From the human T2T-CHM13v2.0 reference genome, Homo sapiens, in the NCBI RefSeq assembly GCF_009914755.1, contig NC_060930.1: a stretch of DNA of 64,000 nt; one strand, written 5' to 3'. How positions within the stretch are numbered: position 1 is the stretch's first letter; each line of letters opens with the position of its first letter. The notes beneath the pieces were generated by a model, which saw only the letters and a list, made by a program, of their open reading frames with translations, was not told where the DNA came from and ran no database searches. Below, piece by piece: positions 29,421 through 43,800 of this stretch. Made by a program: the position numbers and the translations under genes.

Positions 29421-30183
29421 TTGCCATTTCTTTAATGTACTCTGTGTCTTTTTGGAAGTTGTCCTAACAGTCTTGAATTCCCTTTCTTTTCTTCTCTACC
29501 TGGCTTTGCTGTTTGTAAAGATCTATCTTAAAATCACTTCTGCACAACATTTCCCCTAACTCAATTTACCATGTAGAATTGCTTTATTCAAAACCACATT
29601 TTTTAGAAATGACAGAAGAAATTTACAAAACCACAATGATAGTGTGAGACTTGAACATGGATCTCTAAGAATCTAACCTATTAAATAAAAAACAAAAAGT
29701 AGATGTGTAGGGAATTTGAATAATAAAATTAACAATTTTTCTCTCTCTTTGTGCCTACCATATAAAAATATTTATTCTATTAAAATTATAATGTAACATT
29801 TATAAAGTAATCACGTTTGTTAGTCACACAAAAATTTCAGTGATTTTCATAAAGTAAAAATAATACACACTACATTTTCTGAACTCATGAAAGGAAAAAA
29901 ATCAAAACTAACAAAAAATTAAAAATGTAACCTATACATTTGAAAATTCAAAAATATTTTTTCCAAAAGCCTTTTGCACTGAGTCAAAAAAATTAAAATA
30001 ATTGTCTATTAGAAATGAATAAACATTAGACCACTTATATCATAAAAATTCTATAAGGTACTGCCTAAATAGTACTAAATAGTCTTAAAGGCATGTATTA
30101 AGAAATGAGTATCTTTATAATTTTGGATTTTATGAAAACTACATAATTGGAAGGCATAGAGAAAAATATTAAAATATTTAATT

Positions 30184-30625
<442 letters not shown>

Positions 30626-30852
30626 GATTTAACTACATAAAATGTTTAAAACTTTGATATGGCAAATGACACTGTAGTTACTATTAAGAAATAAGTTCAC
30701 ATATTTGCAACATGTAAAATAAAGGCTTACTACGCAAAAAATATAAAGATAACATACATATCAATAAAGGAAGAGGCCATCAATGTAATAGAAAAATGGG
30801 TGAAAGATACAAACAAGCAATTCAGATGAAAAACAAGTGGCCAAAAATCTTA

Positions 30853-31173
<321 letters not shown>

Positions 31174-31618
31174 TTAAAAATGAGGTAATACTTTTTGACT
31201 ATAAAGTTAGTAAACATTTTAAAGATTGGTAATGCTGGTATGGGTGAACATAGGAAGGAGCATATACTCTCATAAACTGTTGCAGGAAGAGTAAATTAAT
31301 ACAGCAACTTTAGTGGGCAAATTGACAATACCAATTTATGTTAAAAACACACATGCCCTTGAAATCAGTAATTTCAGTTCTAGAAACTTATTCTACAGTA
31401 TTTGTACAGGGATGGTCATTTTAGCAATATTTATAAATGAGACAAACAATAAAATTGCTATTGGGATGCCACTGTTCCCAGGCCCTTTCAGCGAATAGAA
31501 CTAGAGAAAACAAGAATTAATATGTTCTTAAATTTGGAAATTATTAAGTAAATATGATATATTCATTATAAAATGCCCTTTTAGAATGTGTAGATGTATG
31601 CATAATGATAAAAATGAC

Positions 31619-31976
31619 TTTTTTAAATTATACTTTAAGTTTTATGGTACATGTGCACAACGTGCAGGTTTGTTACATATGTATACATGCACCATGTTGG
31701 TGTGCTGCGCCCATTAACTCGTCATTTAACATTAGGTATATCACCTAATGCTATCCCTCCCCCGTCCCCCTACCCCACAACAGGCCGTGGTGTGTGATGT
31801 TCCCCTTCCTGTGTTCATGTGTTCTCATTGTTCAATTCCCACCTATAAGTGAGAACATGCGGTGTTTGGTTTTTTGTCCTTGCGATAGTTTGCTGAGAAT
31901 GATGTCTTCCAGCTTCATCCATGTCCCTGCAAAGGACATGAACTCATCATTTTTTATGGCTGCATAGTATTCCATG
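31619..31976 (-). mobile_element. Short 5'-truncated L1PA (PA4/5-like) 3' end
   Basis: ATTATACTTTAAG 3'UTR and ORF2 terminal peptide ...MFSLIGGN. Confidence 0.92.
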
Positions 31977-32052
31977 TATTTTGTTGGGAGAAAGGAAGTT
32001 ACAGAATGATGCTGAAATATGATCATCTTTAGGCTAAAAAATTTGTATTGAT

Positions 32053-32830
32053 ACCAAGTTTCCATATTTCTAAGATGTGCATTTCCTTCTTCTTAATATA
32101 TCTGTAATTGGAAGGCGGTGTGGAAAAACTTGTCTGCCAGGCCTAGGAAAGTTGTGAGTGTCATTGTACATGCAAAACCATGCTACCCACAGATAACATC
32201 AGTTCACATAATCACCACTTCAGTATAAGTATGTCATTATTATCTTCACAAGTGATTGAGTTTTAAATGTGGATCACTAATTGTAACACAAAGCATATTA
32301 AAAAAGATGATATGATTATGTATTAATAGCAGTAAAACAAAAGTTTGTTTCTGTCAAAGAATGCATGCCATTCTATAGACAATGCAATGAGAAGTAGTAG
32401 AAATTGTCAGGTGTCTTAGAGTATATCATACAATTTTCAAAGCTAAGAGAGCTTGCTCTTTTTTTGTGTAATTAAGAGATTATTGTACATATAATGAACA
32501 CATTTCTGTCAAAAACTTGCCTGACTTTCAGGAAAGACTGTTTAACTTCATTTGACATGGAGGTCAACTAGGAAAAAAAATAAACAAGAAATGGAGTTAA
32601 TATCTTCCATATACCTTGAGATTCCATTGTCAGTCTTAAAGATGGTGAAAAGTCAAGATCATGATCCTGTGTGATAAACAGCAGATCATTCACGGTGCTA
32701 TGCATAACTGCTGATGTCTAAAAGTGATTTAGAAGAGTCATTAGATTTTGTCCATGCAGAAGTCCTAAACTCAGACCTTGACTGTGATACTGGAGAGGAA
32801 GGCAGAATGTAATCACATGAGCCCATGGCA
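32053..32830 (+). mobile_element. TcMar-Tc2 (Kanga/MER104-like) DNA transposon remnant with decayed transposase
   Basis: TIR-like start ...TTCTAAGATGTGCATTT. A frameshifted CQKL.DFQERLFNF-like pogo/Tc2 motif lies at ~32507-32550. Confidence 0.55.
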
Positions 32831-32846
32831 GATTGTTGTGGATTCA

Positions 32847-33235
32847 TGTATCAGTTAGAAATGCATTCATCTCTAAGTAACAGAAGACCTAACTGCTTAA
32901 TGGCTGATATGACTGGGATTTGATTTATAGCTCCCTAATACCAAATTGGCAGGGAAGCTGTCAAGGGCTGTATAGGAATCCCAGGTTCCTTTTAGCTTTT
33001 TGCTCTGCCATCCTTAGTGGTGGCTTTTATTCTTGTGGATCCAAGACGGCTGCTCTATTTCTGTATATTATATCCATATTCTAGGCAGGAAGAAGGGAGG
33101 AAGATAAAGAGAACAGGAATGTACTAACTGAGTTTTTTCATTTTTAAAGTTCTTTCCTAGAAGCTCCATCCAGAAACTCATTGATCAGATGGTGTAAATG
33201 CACCAACCCCTCTTTGGCTGGGGACATTTTGCCTG
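32847..33235. mobile_element. MLT1J/K-like MaLR LTR
   Basis: TGTATCAGTTAGAAATGCATTCA...AAGTAACAGAA...GCTCTGCCATCCTTAG...CAAGACGGCTGC. Confidence 0.7.
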
Positions 33236-33236
33236 T

Positions 33237-33680
33237 TGTCTCAGATTGAGTTTCTAGGGGGACAGACTTTGAGATGCGTATTTGCATGCAGGAACTTTAC
33301 TGTGTCAAATCCTCAGGAAACTTACCTTTGGGAAAGTAAAAGGAAATTGTACTGGGCAGAGGAAAATGTTGAATTGAGATGTAGTTGGAACAAGATCACC
33401 CTGAATCCCTGCCACCATTTTGATGATGGTGTAGACTTTTAGAGTTTGGTCACTTAAAGTAGAGGAGGATTGGATCTTTATTTTCTATACTGACCAGTCG
33501 AGGATGAAGACTGCTGCTGGGGAGGAGTGCAAACTTGGGCAAGGTGGCTCTCTTTGGCTGGGGGCAATCTCTTAGGAATGGCTTAGCTGAGAATGGCGAC
33601 TGCCAACACTCCTGGAAGCTGGAGGAATGAATACCTCAGTTGTAAAGGGAGCATCTGGGTAGCCCAATACAGCATCTACA
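33237..33680 (-). mobile_element. LTR16-like ERVL solo LTR
   Basis: CAGACTTTGAGATG..ATTTGCATGCAGGAA...TGGGCAGAGGAAAA...GCCAACACTCC...CAGCATCTACA. Confidence 0.7.
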
Positions 33681-33884
33681 GCTGGATATCTGTTTCTCTG
33701 AACAAAATTCGGCTTTGGTCGCAAATGTTGCAAAAGCTTTTGTTCAGTTTGCTATTTCCATTGAATTTTGTTTGTTCTTGGCTATATAAAATTTGAAACA
33801 ACATATCAGTTTTTTTCTGTATGATAGTTTTCTTTGCTGTTTTGCTTAGAAAGTTCTTCATTCAATCTAATTATTTTAAAGCTT

Positions 33885-35430
33885 TAGCAATTTTTTTCTA
33901 AAATCACAAGCCTGAGAAAAGTTGTAAGAACAGGAGAGAGAATACTTATTCCCTGAACTATTTGAGAGTAACTTGATAATCTTTTGCCTTATCATCCCTA
34001 AAATATTTAATGTGCATTAGTTAAACTCATCTAAATCCCAGGACATTCCCCTACATAACCACAATGTAAACATCAACATTGGGAAATTAACATTAATACA
34101 TTTATCCCATGTAATCCTTCATTCTCACTCAAATTTTGATAAATATCATAATAATATTTTTCCTATTAAGTGGATCTAATTTAGAACCACAGTTATGTAT
34201 TTTTTTAAGTTCCTTCAGTCTTGAGCAGTTCCTTAGCCTTTGAACAATTTTTGTGTCTTGATACTTTTGAAGATTCCAGGCCAGTTTTTTAGTAGCATGT
34301 CTCTCAGTTTGGTTTTATCTTATATTTCCTTATGACAAGATTGAAGCTAAACATTTTCTTTTGTCAGGACTATCACAGAGGCAACACTGAATCCTTCTCA
34401 TTGTATCCTACCAGGCAGTATGTGATTTCAATTTGTTTCACTAATGATTTAAATTTTGATCACCTGATTAAGATGGTACCTGCCAGGCTTCTCTGTGTTA
34501 AAGTTATTGTTTTCCCCTTTGTAAGTGATACATATTTTGTGTGGAGGTATTTTGAATCCATTTCTTATCAAACAAAGTTTTAATTCATTCACTTATTTAT
34601 TTATATTGACATGGACTTAGAATTTTCTATTTTATCTTATGCATTATGATGATTACTATCAATTATTTTGATGCTCAAATGTCTCCTTATTTAGCTAGTG
34701 AGAGTTTATTCATGTGTCCTTTTGGCATATCCCCTTCATTATTTGACCACCTTCTTATTTTTGGACACAACGAGATGTTTGTTTCACACTCATTTTGTGC
34801 TTATTCTGCCTCAGCCTTGAAATGAACCATTTCTCCAAGAAGAGTGGTTCTCTGGTTCCTCTTAGCAGAAATGGTCTTTAGAAGTCAAAACATGGGTACC
34901 TGGTGTGCTAATTGTTATTGGGATGCCATTGCTCCCAGGCCCTTTCAGTGGATAGAGCTACAGAATATATTATATATATTTATATCTCTCTATATCATCC
35001 AAATCTTAGGGAGTTAATTCTAGTTTGCTCTTTTTCCATTTTTGTAACTGTCTTCTCTAGTATTATTTGTTGCTAAACCTTTCATTGCTACTGCTTCTCA
35101 TCAGCCCAGTGGACTCAGCGTTCCATGTCAGGGTGCCCCTTCGTGGGAATAACCTCCTCACTTCATTTGGGCTCTAATACCCTGTGGCCATGGGCACACA
35201 CTTCCTCACTCTATTCTTGGCTTGATTGACATCTCGCAAAGTAAATATGCTCACCCTGCTCAAACTCTGAGACCCCGTGCCAGGAATTGCACCCTTGCCC
35301 CAATGTGGATGTGCTTTTCATTTGTCTTAGGCTCTGACACCCAAATTTGGATTACTGCATTTCCTCTGTCTTTGATGTGGACACCTAATCTTATTCTGCC
35401 CCAACCATCGGCTTTAGAAGTGAACAGTTA
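33885..35430 (-). mobile_element. L1MC4/5-like 3' region
   Basis: GGACATTCCCCTACATAACCACAAT, TTTGATCACCTGATTAAGATGG, CCATTTCTCCAAG and AGGCCCTTTCAGTGGATAGAGCTA motifs. Confidence 0.7.
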
Positions 35431-35481
35431 AACAGCAAGGGAAGTGAAAAAAAGGAAAAAAAAAAGAAGAGGAATAGGAAG

Positions 35482-35872
35482 GGTTATGGGCTGAATAATC
35501 CCCCATCCCCCACTCATATATTTAAGTCCTAAACCCAAGTATCTCAGAATGTGACTGTATTTGGAGATAGGGTCTTTAAAGAAGTAATTACATTTAAATG
35601 AGGTCATTAGAGTGGGTCCTAATTCTAAATAACTGATGTCCTTATAAGGAGAGGAAATTAGGACACAGACATGCACAGAGGGAAGACTACGTGAAGACAC
35701 AGGGAGAAGATGGCCATTTACAAGCCAAGGGTAAGGGCCTCAGAAGAAACCAACACTGCTGACACCTTGATCTTGGACTTCTAGCCCCCAAAACTCTGAG
35801 AAAATAAATTTCTGTTGTTTAAGTTACTCAGCATGCAGTACTTTGTAAGGGTAGCCATAGCAAACTAATACA
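35482..35872 (+). mobile_element. MLT1A/B MaLR solo LTR
   Basis: GTTATGGGCTGAAT...CAGAATGTGACTGTATTTGGAGATAGGG...GCAAACTAATACA; complete. Confidence 0.88.
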
Positions 35873-38800
35873 GTAGGGATTTAATTTTTATATTTAATTT
35901 TAATATATTTTAGTACATTGAGGTAGGAATTTAGTTTAATTCAACTTACCCCTAACTCCAAATATATGGCCAATTGTCCCAGAACTATTTGTTAAATGAT
36001 CTTTCCTTTCCCCATGTATTCTGTTTTCTTATAAAATCCTAAATTTTTATAATATTAGGGTCTACTTTGGAGCTTTCTGTTTTGTTTTACTCTTGCCCCC
36101 TTTCTAAACTATTTAAATCAGTACATTCTTTTAAAATGTTATGGTATTCAGAAGCATGAGTCCTTCTACTTCCTTCTCTCTTTTTCTAAAATGTATTCAT
36201 TATTTTCATATGTAGAATCGCTTTACAAAATAAAATAATAATCTTGTTTAGACTTTCAGTTGTAGTCGCATAACATATATGTTAATTTAGGACACACTAA
36301 CATCTTTATTGAATCTTCTCATTCAGAAACATAGAATATCTGTTAATTTTTAGAATGTTTTTAAAAACTATGTTTTGGTAATGTATTGTTATTTTCTTAA
36401 AAAATGTTCTGTACATTTCTTATTAAGCTTATTCCTGCCATCAGGGGCACAAAAGTATCATCGTCTGTTGGCCACAGTGCTAAACATCCTGAGACTTCCC
36501 TGCTTATTGACTTCTTGCTTCTAATTTTATAGTTCTTCTAGTTTTCACTCTTTCTGTCTTATAGTATGCTGTTGATGCCCACTGCTGCTCAAAGGTCTCA
36601 TTTCAAATGTGCTACTTCTAATGTGACATGGGCTGGGTAATTAATTATTAATAATGGTCAACATTCATTGGATATTTAACTTGGAGAGGTTAAATGATGT
36701 GGCCATGTTTACACAGGCAATAGCACTGGGTCTGGGATTCAAACCCAAGCAGTTTGACTTCAAAGCTGTTTTATTACACATCAGCTCATCTTAAATATTT
36801 GTCCGAAATAAGAGAGGTGATTAATGTGATTAAAGTTCTGTTTGGTTGCCTAAAGTTGAGTTTATTCAGTGGCTTTTAAAATATTGTTCTTGGTTCCCCA
36901 TTTTCTTCTATCTCTGGGGCAGCAGCTACCATTGGGTGATTGAAGTGATGCCCAAACAGTGATGTGTTATTTTTGCTATTCTTCCACAAATCTTGCTTGT
37001 ATTTTTTATGATTACTTAAAAAATGCTATGAATTTTAACCTCAGTGTTAGATGTTCCAAAATCAAATTCAGCCATGGTAACCTTGATCTCATATCTGAGA
37101 AGGTTTTCTATAATTTCAGGAAAACTCTTTCCTCCAAAGCATTTACAAGAGGGAAATGAAATGAAAATAATTGGTATTGTACCATAGTATTTTGTTTTCA
37201 AACCTGAGTTAAGTGCTTGATAAAAAGAATTTGGCTTTCTGATTCATGGCTAATTTCTCCATTAAAATGAACCTTGCCCAATATCTTCACTTTTATGATC
37301 TTTTAAAAATGTACATTTTTAAATGCATAATTAGTCTTCCATTGGCATAAGCATAACCAAGGTTTTAGGAGTCACAGAATGGGAATCTAACCTGAAAATC
37401 CTCTCCTATATCTGCTATTTGAAATATTCCCTAGTCATCTCACTTGCCATTTTTTAAAAAGACCTCTTTCTCAACATTCAGTTAAAAATTCTGTGTCCTT
37501 GTGGTACCTTGATTGTCTTTTCCATGAGACTGTAGATAAAAATGTCGAGGGCAAGAAACAGGTCTCCTTTGGCTTTAATCTCCCATAGGCTTTCAGAGTT
37601 TATATATATGGTAAACTGAATATTTCTGAGAGCAAAAGGTGAATGTGAAATAAGCCTGTAGAGATTAGATAGTTCAGCAACTTAATTTATATGGGTGGTG
37701 AGTATGGCAATTCCTCTAGCACAGCAAATTAGTTTATATGAGGAGAAGGAAAGGAAGAGAGGTATCTAGTTTATATATTTGGTTTAGTCATATTTTTGTC
37801 CATCAATTAATCATTTTTAAGTCTTTATCTTAATACATTTTCTTATTTTCAATCCAAGCCCATTCAGCTATTTTGTTTTGAGGAATTGCAAGTAATGAGC
37901 ACAGGGTGGGGATTGTATGAAAAGATTGGCACTGAGCTCTTTTGGTGTTTAATTTTTTTTATTCAGAATATTTTAAAAGATCTATATCTAATTTTGTCAC
38001 AGTTTTTATCTAAAGGAAATGAAAAGTTAAATCCATAAATTAAAAGCTGCAAGCTATAACAGATGAGTCAGCTGTTTGATCATTGTTAAAGTGCAAAATC
38101 CCTTAAAGCAATGGCTTACTGCATTCATTTTAGCAGCTGTGAGAGAGATCTAGAGTAGAAGAAATGAGCACTGGATTCTAGTTCTAGCTATGCTACTTAC
38201 AGACCAGGGACAAATAATTTATTCTTTATCTGTAATTAATTTATTCTTTATCTGGTTTAATTTCTTTATCTGTAAAATGAGATGACTGAAGATAATATTG
38301 GTAAGTTTCTTCCATCTCTACTGTTCAGTGACATCTTCCAGTGTCTAGTAATTCCTGAAAAGTCTCAGGTATTTTTTTTTCCTTCAGTGTGCAGTCACTC
38401 TAGTAAATGGCACAGATTCTTCTGGGGAGAATTCGGAGGAAAATGTATAGTCTATACTTGTGACAATGCTGAAGGATTCTTCCTCAAGGGGACCTGGCCT
38501 CCCCTTCAATCAAGAGGCACCAGGTTTATTAATTTGTTTAGGACTGAAAACAGAATGAGAGCCATGACCCCCCACTGTAATAACTCAAGTCAGGTTTCTG
38601 GTCACCAAGCTGGGAGATTTTTCTGAGGTATTGGCATTTCTAAGATAGTAACATTTTAGTAGGCTCTCCATCTCTTTCATTCCCAGGGACACTGTGACTT
38701 AGCCATGCCAAGGATTCCTATACGTCGAGTAACTCTGATTGCCACAATGCCCTGCTGCCCCTTGTGGTGAATTCATCCACATTGTCTCTGACAGCTAAGC

Positions 38801-40166
38801 ACTGTCACCTGGGCTTTGTCATCTGGTGATGAGGTCACCAGGATCTCATCATCTCCACTGAAATCTGGCAGTCATCTCAATGGTGTCATCTTCTACCAAG
38901 ATACATGGCCTACACAGAAAGCAACAAGAGAGATTTTCAAGAATGTTAATACCCTTCTTACTAATGTCTTTCTTAATGCCTTGGTAAGGGGAGTGTCTTC
39001 TGGGAACTCTCAAGGGAGGTAGCAGGAGTGAGTGTGAATGCAAGTCACATATGATAAATCCACTTTACCACTCCTATCTCCCTTAACTTTTGGTTTCCTT
39101 GCTCTGCATTATGTCAGGGAGGTTCTGACACCTCAACTTCATTAAACGTAGGCCAAAGTTAAGTCAAAGTTTTAGCCAAAATTGAAGTAAACTATAGGAA
39201 CTAATTCCAGTTGCATATACTGCAACATTAAACCCTAAATCTCTGGAAGTCTACCCATGTCACTAAATGTAGCCAGATCCAGGGTTTTAGTCTGTTGTCT
39301 TTGGTCTCAGGTATATATTTACATACATGAGTAAGATCTCATAATTATTTTGGTATGTTAGGTATCTCTTCTTAGTTTGAACTTTGTCCTTCCCCCCAGG
39401 AACATGATGAGATGGGACCCTAGTATTGGGTCTAATGGCAACAAACGGTAGTTGGGGTGAATCTTGGTGAAAAGTCATAGTCCTTAAAAGACATCTGTCC
39501 CAGATGAGACATTACATGATCTTCAAGCAAGGGATGACTATTTCCTTAGACCTGGGAGGACAAGCTGGAACAGCTAGTAAAAAGAGTTAGTTTCTGCATG
39601 CATGGTAGGAGGGGTGGTGACAGCTGAAGCTGATTTAGAGTCCTGTAATAAATACCTGATAGAATACACTTTCAAGAGGAATTATGCCTCATGAGTCATG
39701 TTGATACACATGCTTGAATAAAACTTCTAAGAAAGAAGCAAGTAGTGGAAAAACAAAACAAAAAAACCTGATCTAGGGTCATTTTGAAGATGGCAAGTGC
39801 TGCAGAATCCACTGAGCCGTCTATTCAGTCTTAAAGCTGCTTCTACTGCTGAATGTTATCTTTACAATAGTTCAATCATGAATACTCATATGGACTAGGT
39901 TAAATACAAAAAGGCTTACCTTTATTATATTGTATTTCTTTGCACAACATGCTTTAAAACTTTCACTTTCTCTTAAATCCACTTATTGGAGGCATTTCTT
40001 GACAATGGAAATATCTCCAGTACTTTTTGTTTGTTTCCTACATTGTTCATGGTTTGCTCTTTCCCAAACCTTTCATCCCTGCTAAGTCCATCCCAGCTGA
40101 AACATTTTTGGACAGCATACAAACCAGAACTACTTTTGGATAGTTCAATATTGTCTTTCCCAAACA

Positions 40167-40185
40167 ACACACACACACACACACA

Positions 40186-40218
<33 letters not shown>
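40167..40218. repeat. (AC)n microsatellite, ~26 units with one interruption
   Basis: Read directly from the sequence. Confidence 0.98.
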
Positions 40219-40864
40219 TTCTAGCCTCTTGCCTTTCATTGGAGTATAATCCTCCCCGTGTACATTTCAAATTTAGCTTCATTCTAATATCATAACAGCT
40301 ATTTTCATTTTCCTCATATTTGCTTATTTTTAAAAGCTCATTTAAAGAATGATTTACCCACTTCACAGACTCATCATTTTTGGACAAGAAAAAGACCAAC
40401 CATTAGATCATCTGGTTTCTTTCTGCCTCCTACTGCCAGAGCTGTTCCCACAATGCATTTGCCAGTGATAATCTTGGTTCATTAAAAAACTTTCAGGCAC
40501 TAGCACTTACACTATTCTCTTGGGGTATGACATACAGAGTAAGAGACTTCATTTAGGAAAATGTTCTTTTCCCACTGTAGATTTACTTAACCTCCACAAA
40601 AAAAACTTAAAAATAGACTAACACATGAGTAATATTTTGACTTGGTTTCTACCTTAGGAATTTTCATATTATGGGACTTTCAATTGAATAAATTCCAAAC
40701 TATAAATTCTCTTAAAATTAGAACTTTTCTGCTTTATATGCAGCGACCTTGATTTTCTCTCTTTTTTGTTTTATTTTCTTTTAACATCATAACTATTTAA
40801 TATCAATCTGTAGAGACCTGGTAGGTACTAAAATGTCAAGTATATTTAAATATGACTTATTTTT

Positions 40865-43800
40865 CATTTACTTACTTATTTTTATTTAATTTTAAAATTG
40901 ATACATGATATTTTACATATTTATGGCGTATATGTGATATATTGTTACATGCATAGAACAGGTTATGATCAAGTCCAGGTATTTAGGGTATCTGTCACCT
41001 TGAGTATTTATTATTTCTGTGTTGGGAACAACTCAAGTCCTCTCCTCTACCTACTTTGAAATATGGAATGCATTGTTGTTAACTATAGTCACACTACTTT
41101 GTTGTGAACATTAGTACTTGTACCTTCTATCTAAATGTATGTTTGCACTCATTGACCAATATCTCTTCATCCTCCCACCCTCTGTCCTCCATGCCTTTCC
41201 TAGTCTCTAGTGTCTTTCTGTTGTCTACCTCCATGAGAACAACTTTTTAAATAGTCGCTCTACTCTACTGTGAAACATTAGAACTTATACTTTTTATCTA
41301 AATGTACCTTTGTATTCATTAGCCAACATCTCTTCATGCCGCTGCCTACCTACACACCCTTCCCAGCCTCTGGTATTATACTCTCTTCCTCCATGAGATT
41401 GAGCTTTTTAGCTTCCGCACATATGAGTGAGAACATGCAATATTTGTCTTTCTGTGCCTGCATTATTTCACTTAACAGAATGACACCCAGTTTTATTCAT
41501 GTTACTGCAAATGACATGATTTCATTCTTTTTCATGGCGAAATAGTATTCCATTGTGTATACATACTACATTTTCTTTACCCATTAATCTATTGATTGAC
41601 ACTTAGGTTAATTAGTATCTTTGCTGTTGTGAATAGTGCTGCAATAAACATGGGAGTGCAGGTATCCCTTTGATATGCTGATTTCTTTTCCTTCAGATAA
41701 ATATCCAATAGTGGGATTCCAGGATTATATGGTAGTTCTAGTTTTAGTTCTATGAGAAATCTATGCACTATTTTCCATACTGGCTATACTAATTTACATT
41801 CCCACCAATAGTGTATAAGCATTCCCTTTTTTATGCATCCCCACCAGCATTTGTTATTTTTTAGTCTTTTTCATAACAGGCATTTTAATTGAGGCAACAT
41901 GATATCTCATTGTAGTTTTGATTTGAATTTCTCTGATGATTAGTGATGTTGAGACCTTTTTAATACATCTGTTGACTATTCTTACATCTTTTTCTGAAAA
42001 TTGTCTGTTCATGTCATTTCCTCACTCTTTGATGGGGTAATTATTATTATTATTTACCATGAAGTTGTTTGAGTTCCTTCTATATTCGGGGTATTAGTCC
42101 CTTGTTGGATAAATAGTTTGCAAATATGTTCCACCATTCAACAGGTTGTCTTTTCATTCTGTTGATTGTTTCCTTTGCTGTTCAGAAGCTTTTTAGTTTA
42201 ATATAGTCCCATTTGCCTTTTTTTTGTTACCTGTGCATAGCCATAAAATCTTTGTTATTTTCTCTATCCCTGTATCATGATATAATATATCATATATATC
42301 ATATATATGATATAATAATTTTCTTTGTCTTTTTTTGCTTTTGTTTTGTCTGTTTTATCTGATATAAATATAGCCATTCCCACTAGCTTTTGTTTTCCAT
42401 TTGCATGGGAACTTTTTCCGTTCCTTTCCTTTCAGTGTATAAATTTCCTAAAAGGTAAAGTGTGTTTCTTATAGGCAGCTGATAATTGCATCATGTATTT
42501 TCTTTTTAAAAATCCATTCAGCTAGTCTATACCTCTAAGTGCATAATTTAACTCATTCACATTCAAGGTTATTATTGATCTGCAAGGTTTTGTTTTTCTC
42601 ATATTGTTAATTCTTTTTGTTTTTAAAAATATATTCTTTGTTCCTTTCTTTTTCTCTTATTGTTTTTCATTGTAGTTTGGCTGTTATCCGTAGCGGTACC
42701 ATTTGAGTTCTTTCTCTTTCTCACTTGTGTGTTTGCTTTACTATTGAGCTTTATACTTTTTTCATAATGGTAAATGTTGTCCTTTTGCTTCCAGGGCTCC
42801 CTTGAGCTCTTCATGTAGGACTAGTCTAGTGGTGATGAATTCTCTCAGCTTTTGCTTGTCTTGGGAAGACATTTTTTTTTTCTCCTACATTCAGGAAGGG
42901 TAATTTTGCTAGATACTGTATCCTTGGCTGGCAGTGTTTTTTCTTTCAGCACTTTGAATATGCTCTTTCTCTTCTGATCTGTAAGACTTCTGCTGAGAAG
43001 TCTGCTGTTAGTCTGATAGGGATTCCTTTATAGGTGACTAGATGCTTTTTTTTTTTTCTTTTAGAATTCTCTCTTTGTCATTGATTTTAGATATTTTGAC
43101 TATAACATACAGTGGAGACTTTTTTACATTATATCTTCTTGAGGATCACTGGGCCTCCTGTACCCAGATGTCTAATTCTTTGCTAGATGTGGTAAGTTTT
43201 CAGCTGTTATTTCATTAAATAGGTTTTTGAAACTTTTCATTTTATCTTTGCCTTCTTGGATACCAATAATTCATAAATTTGGTAGCCTTAGGGTGTCCCA
43301 TATATCATGAAGGCTTTGTTCACTCTTTCAAAGTGCTTTTGTCTTTATTTTTGTCTTACTGTGTTATTTCAAAAGACCTAACTTGAAGTTCTGAGATTCT
43401 TCTGCTTTATCTAGTCTGTTTTTGAACTGATTGAATGTGTTTTATAGTTTATTCAGTGAATTCTTCAGTTTCAGTATTTCTGTTTGGTTCTTTCCTGTGA
43501 TATCTATCTCTCTGGTAAATTTCTCATTCATATCCTGAATTGTTTTTCTGATTTATTCATTTTTTTGAAATTCTCTGCTATCTCCCTGAGCTTCTTTAGA
43601 ATCAATAATTTGAACTCTTTTTTTCCAGGATTTTGTTAATTTCTGTTTGATTGGGATCTATTGCCAGAGAATTATTTGGTTCCTTTGGAGTTGTTGTATT
43701 CTTTTTTTTTTTTTTCACATTTCCTGTGTTCTTATGTTGATATCTGTGCATCTAGTGTATCCACCATGTCTTCTCCTTTTTTGAATTTGCTTTCATAGGT

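Noticed and set aside
38064-38075. AP-1/E-box overlap TGAGTCAGCTG (another TGAGTCA near 39692)
   Set aside because: 7-mers occur by chance several times in 64 kb, and there is no independent enhancer evidence.
38752-38770. CTCF-like motif CTGCTGCCCCTTGTGGTGA
   Set aside because: It is one base short of the core spacing and cannot be supported without ChIP data.
36450-40850. Long stretch largely free of young repeats (also ~47200-49300 and ~59750-61150), examined for exons or RNA genes
   Set aside because: No convincing ORF, splice-flanked coding exon, CpG island or structured RNA was recognised. Conserved non-coding function cannot be judged without alignments.
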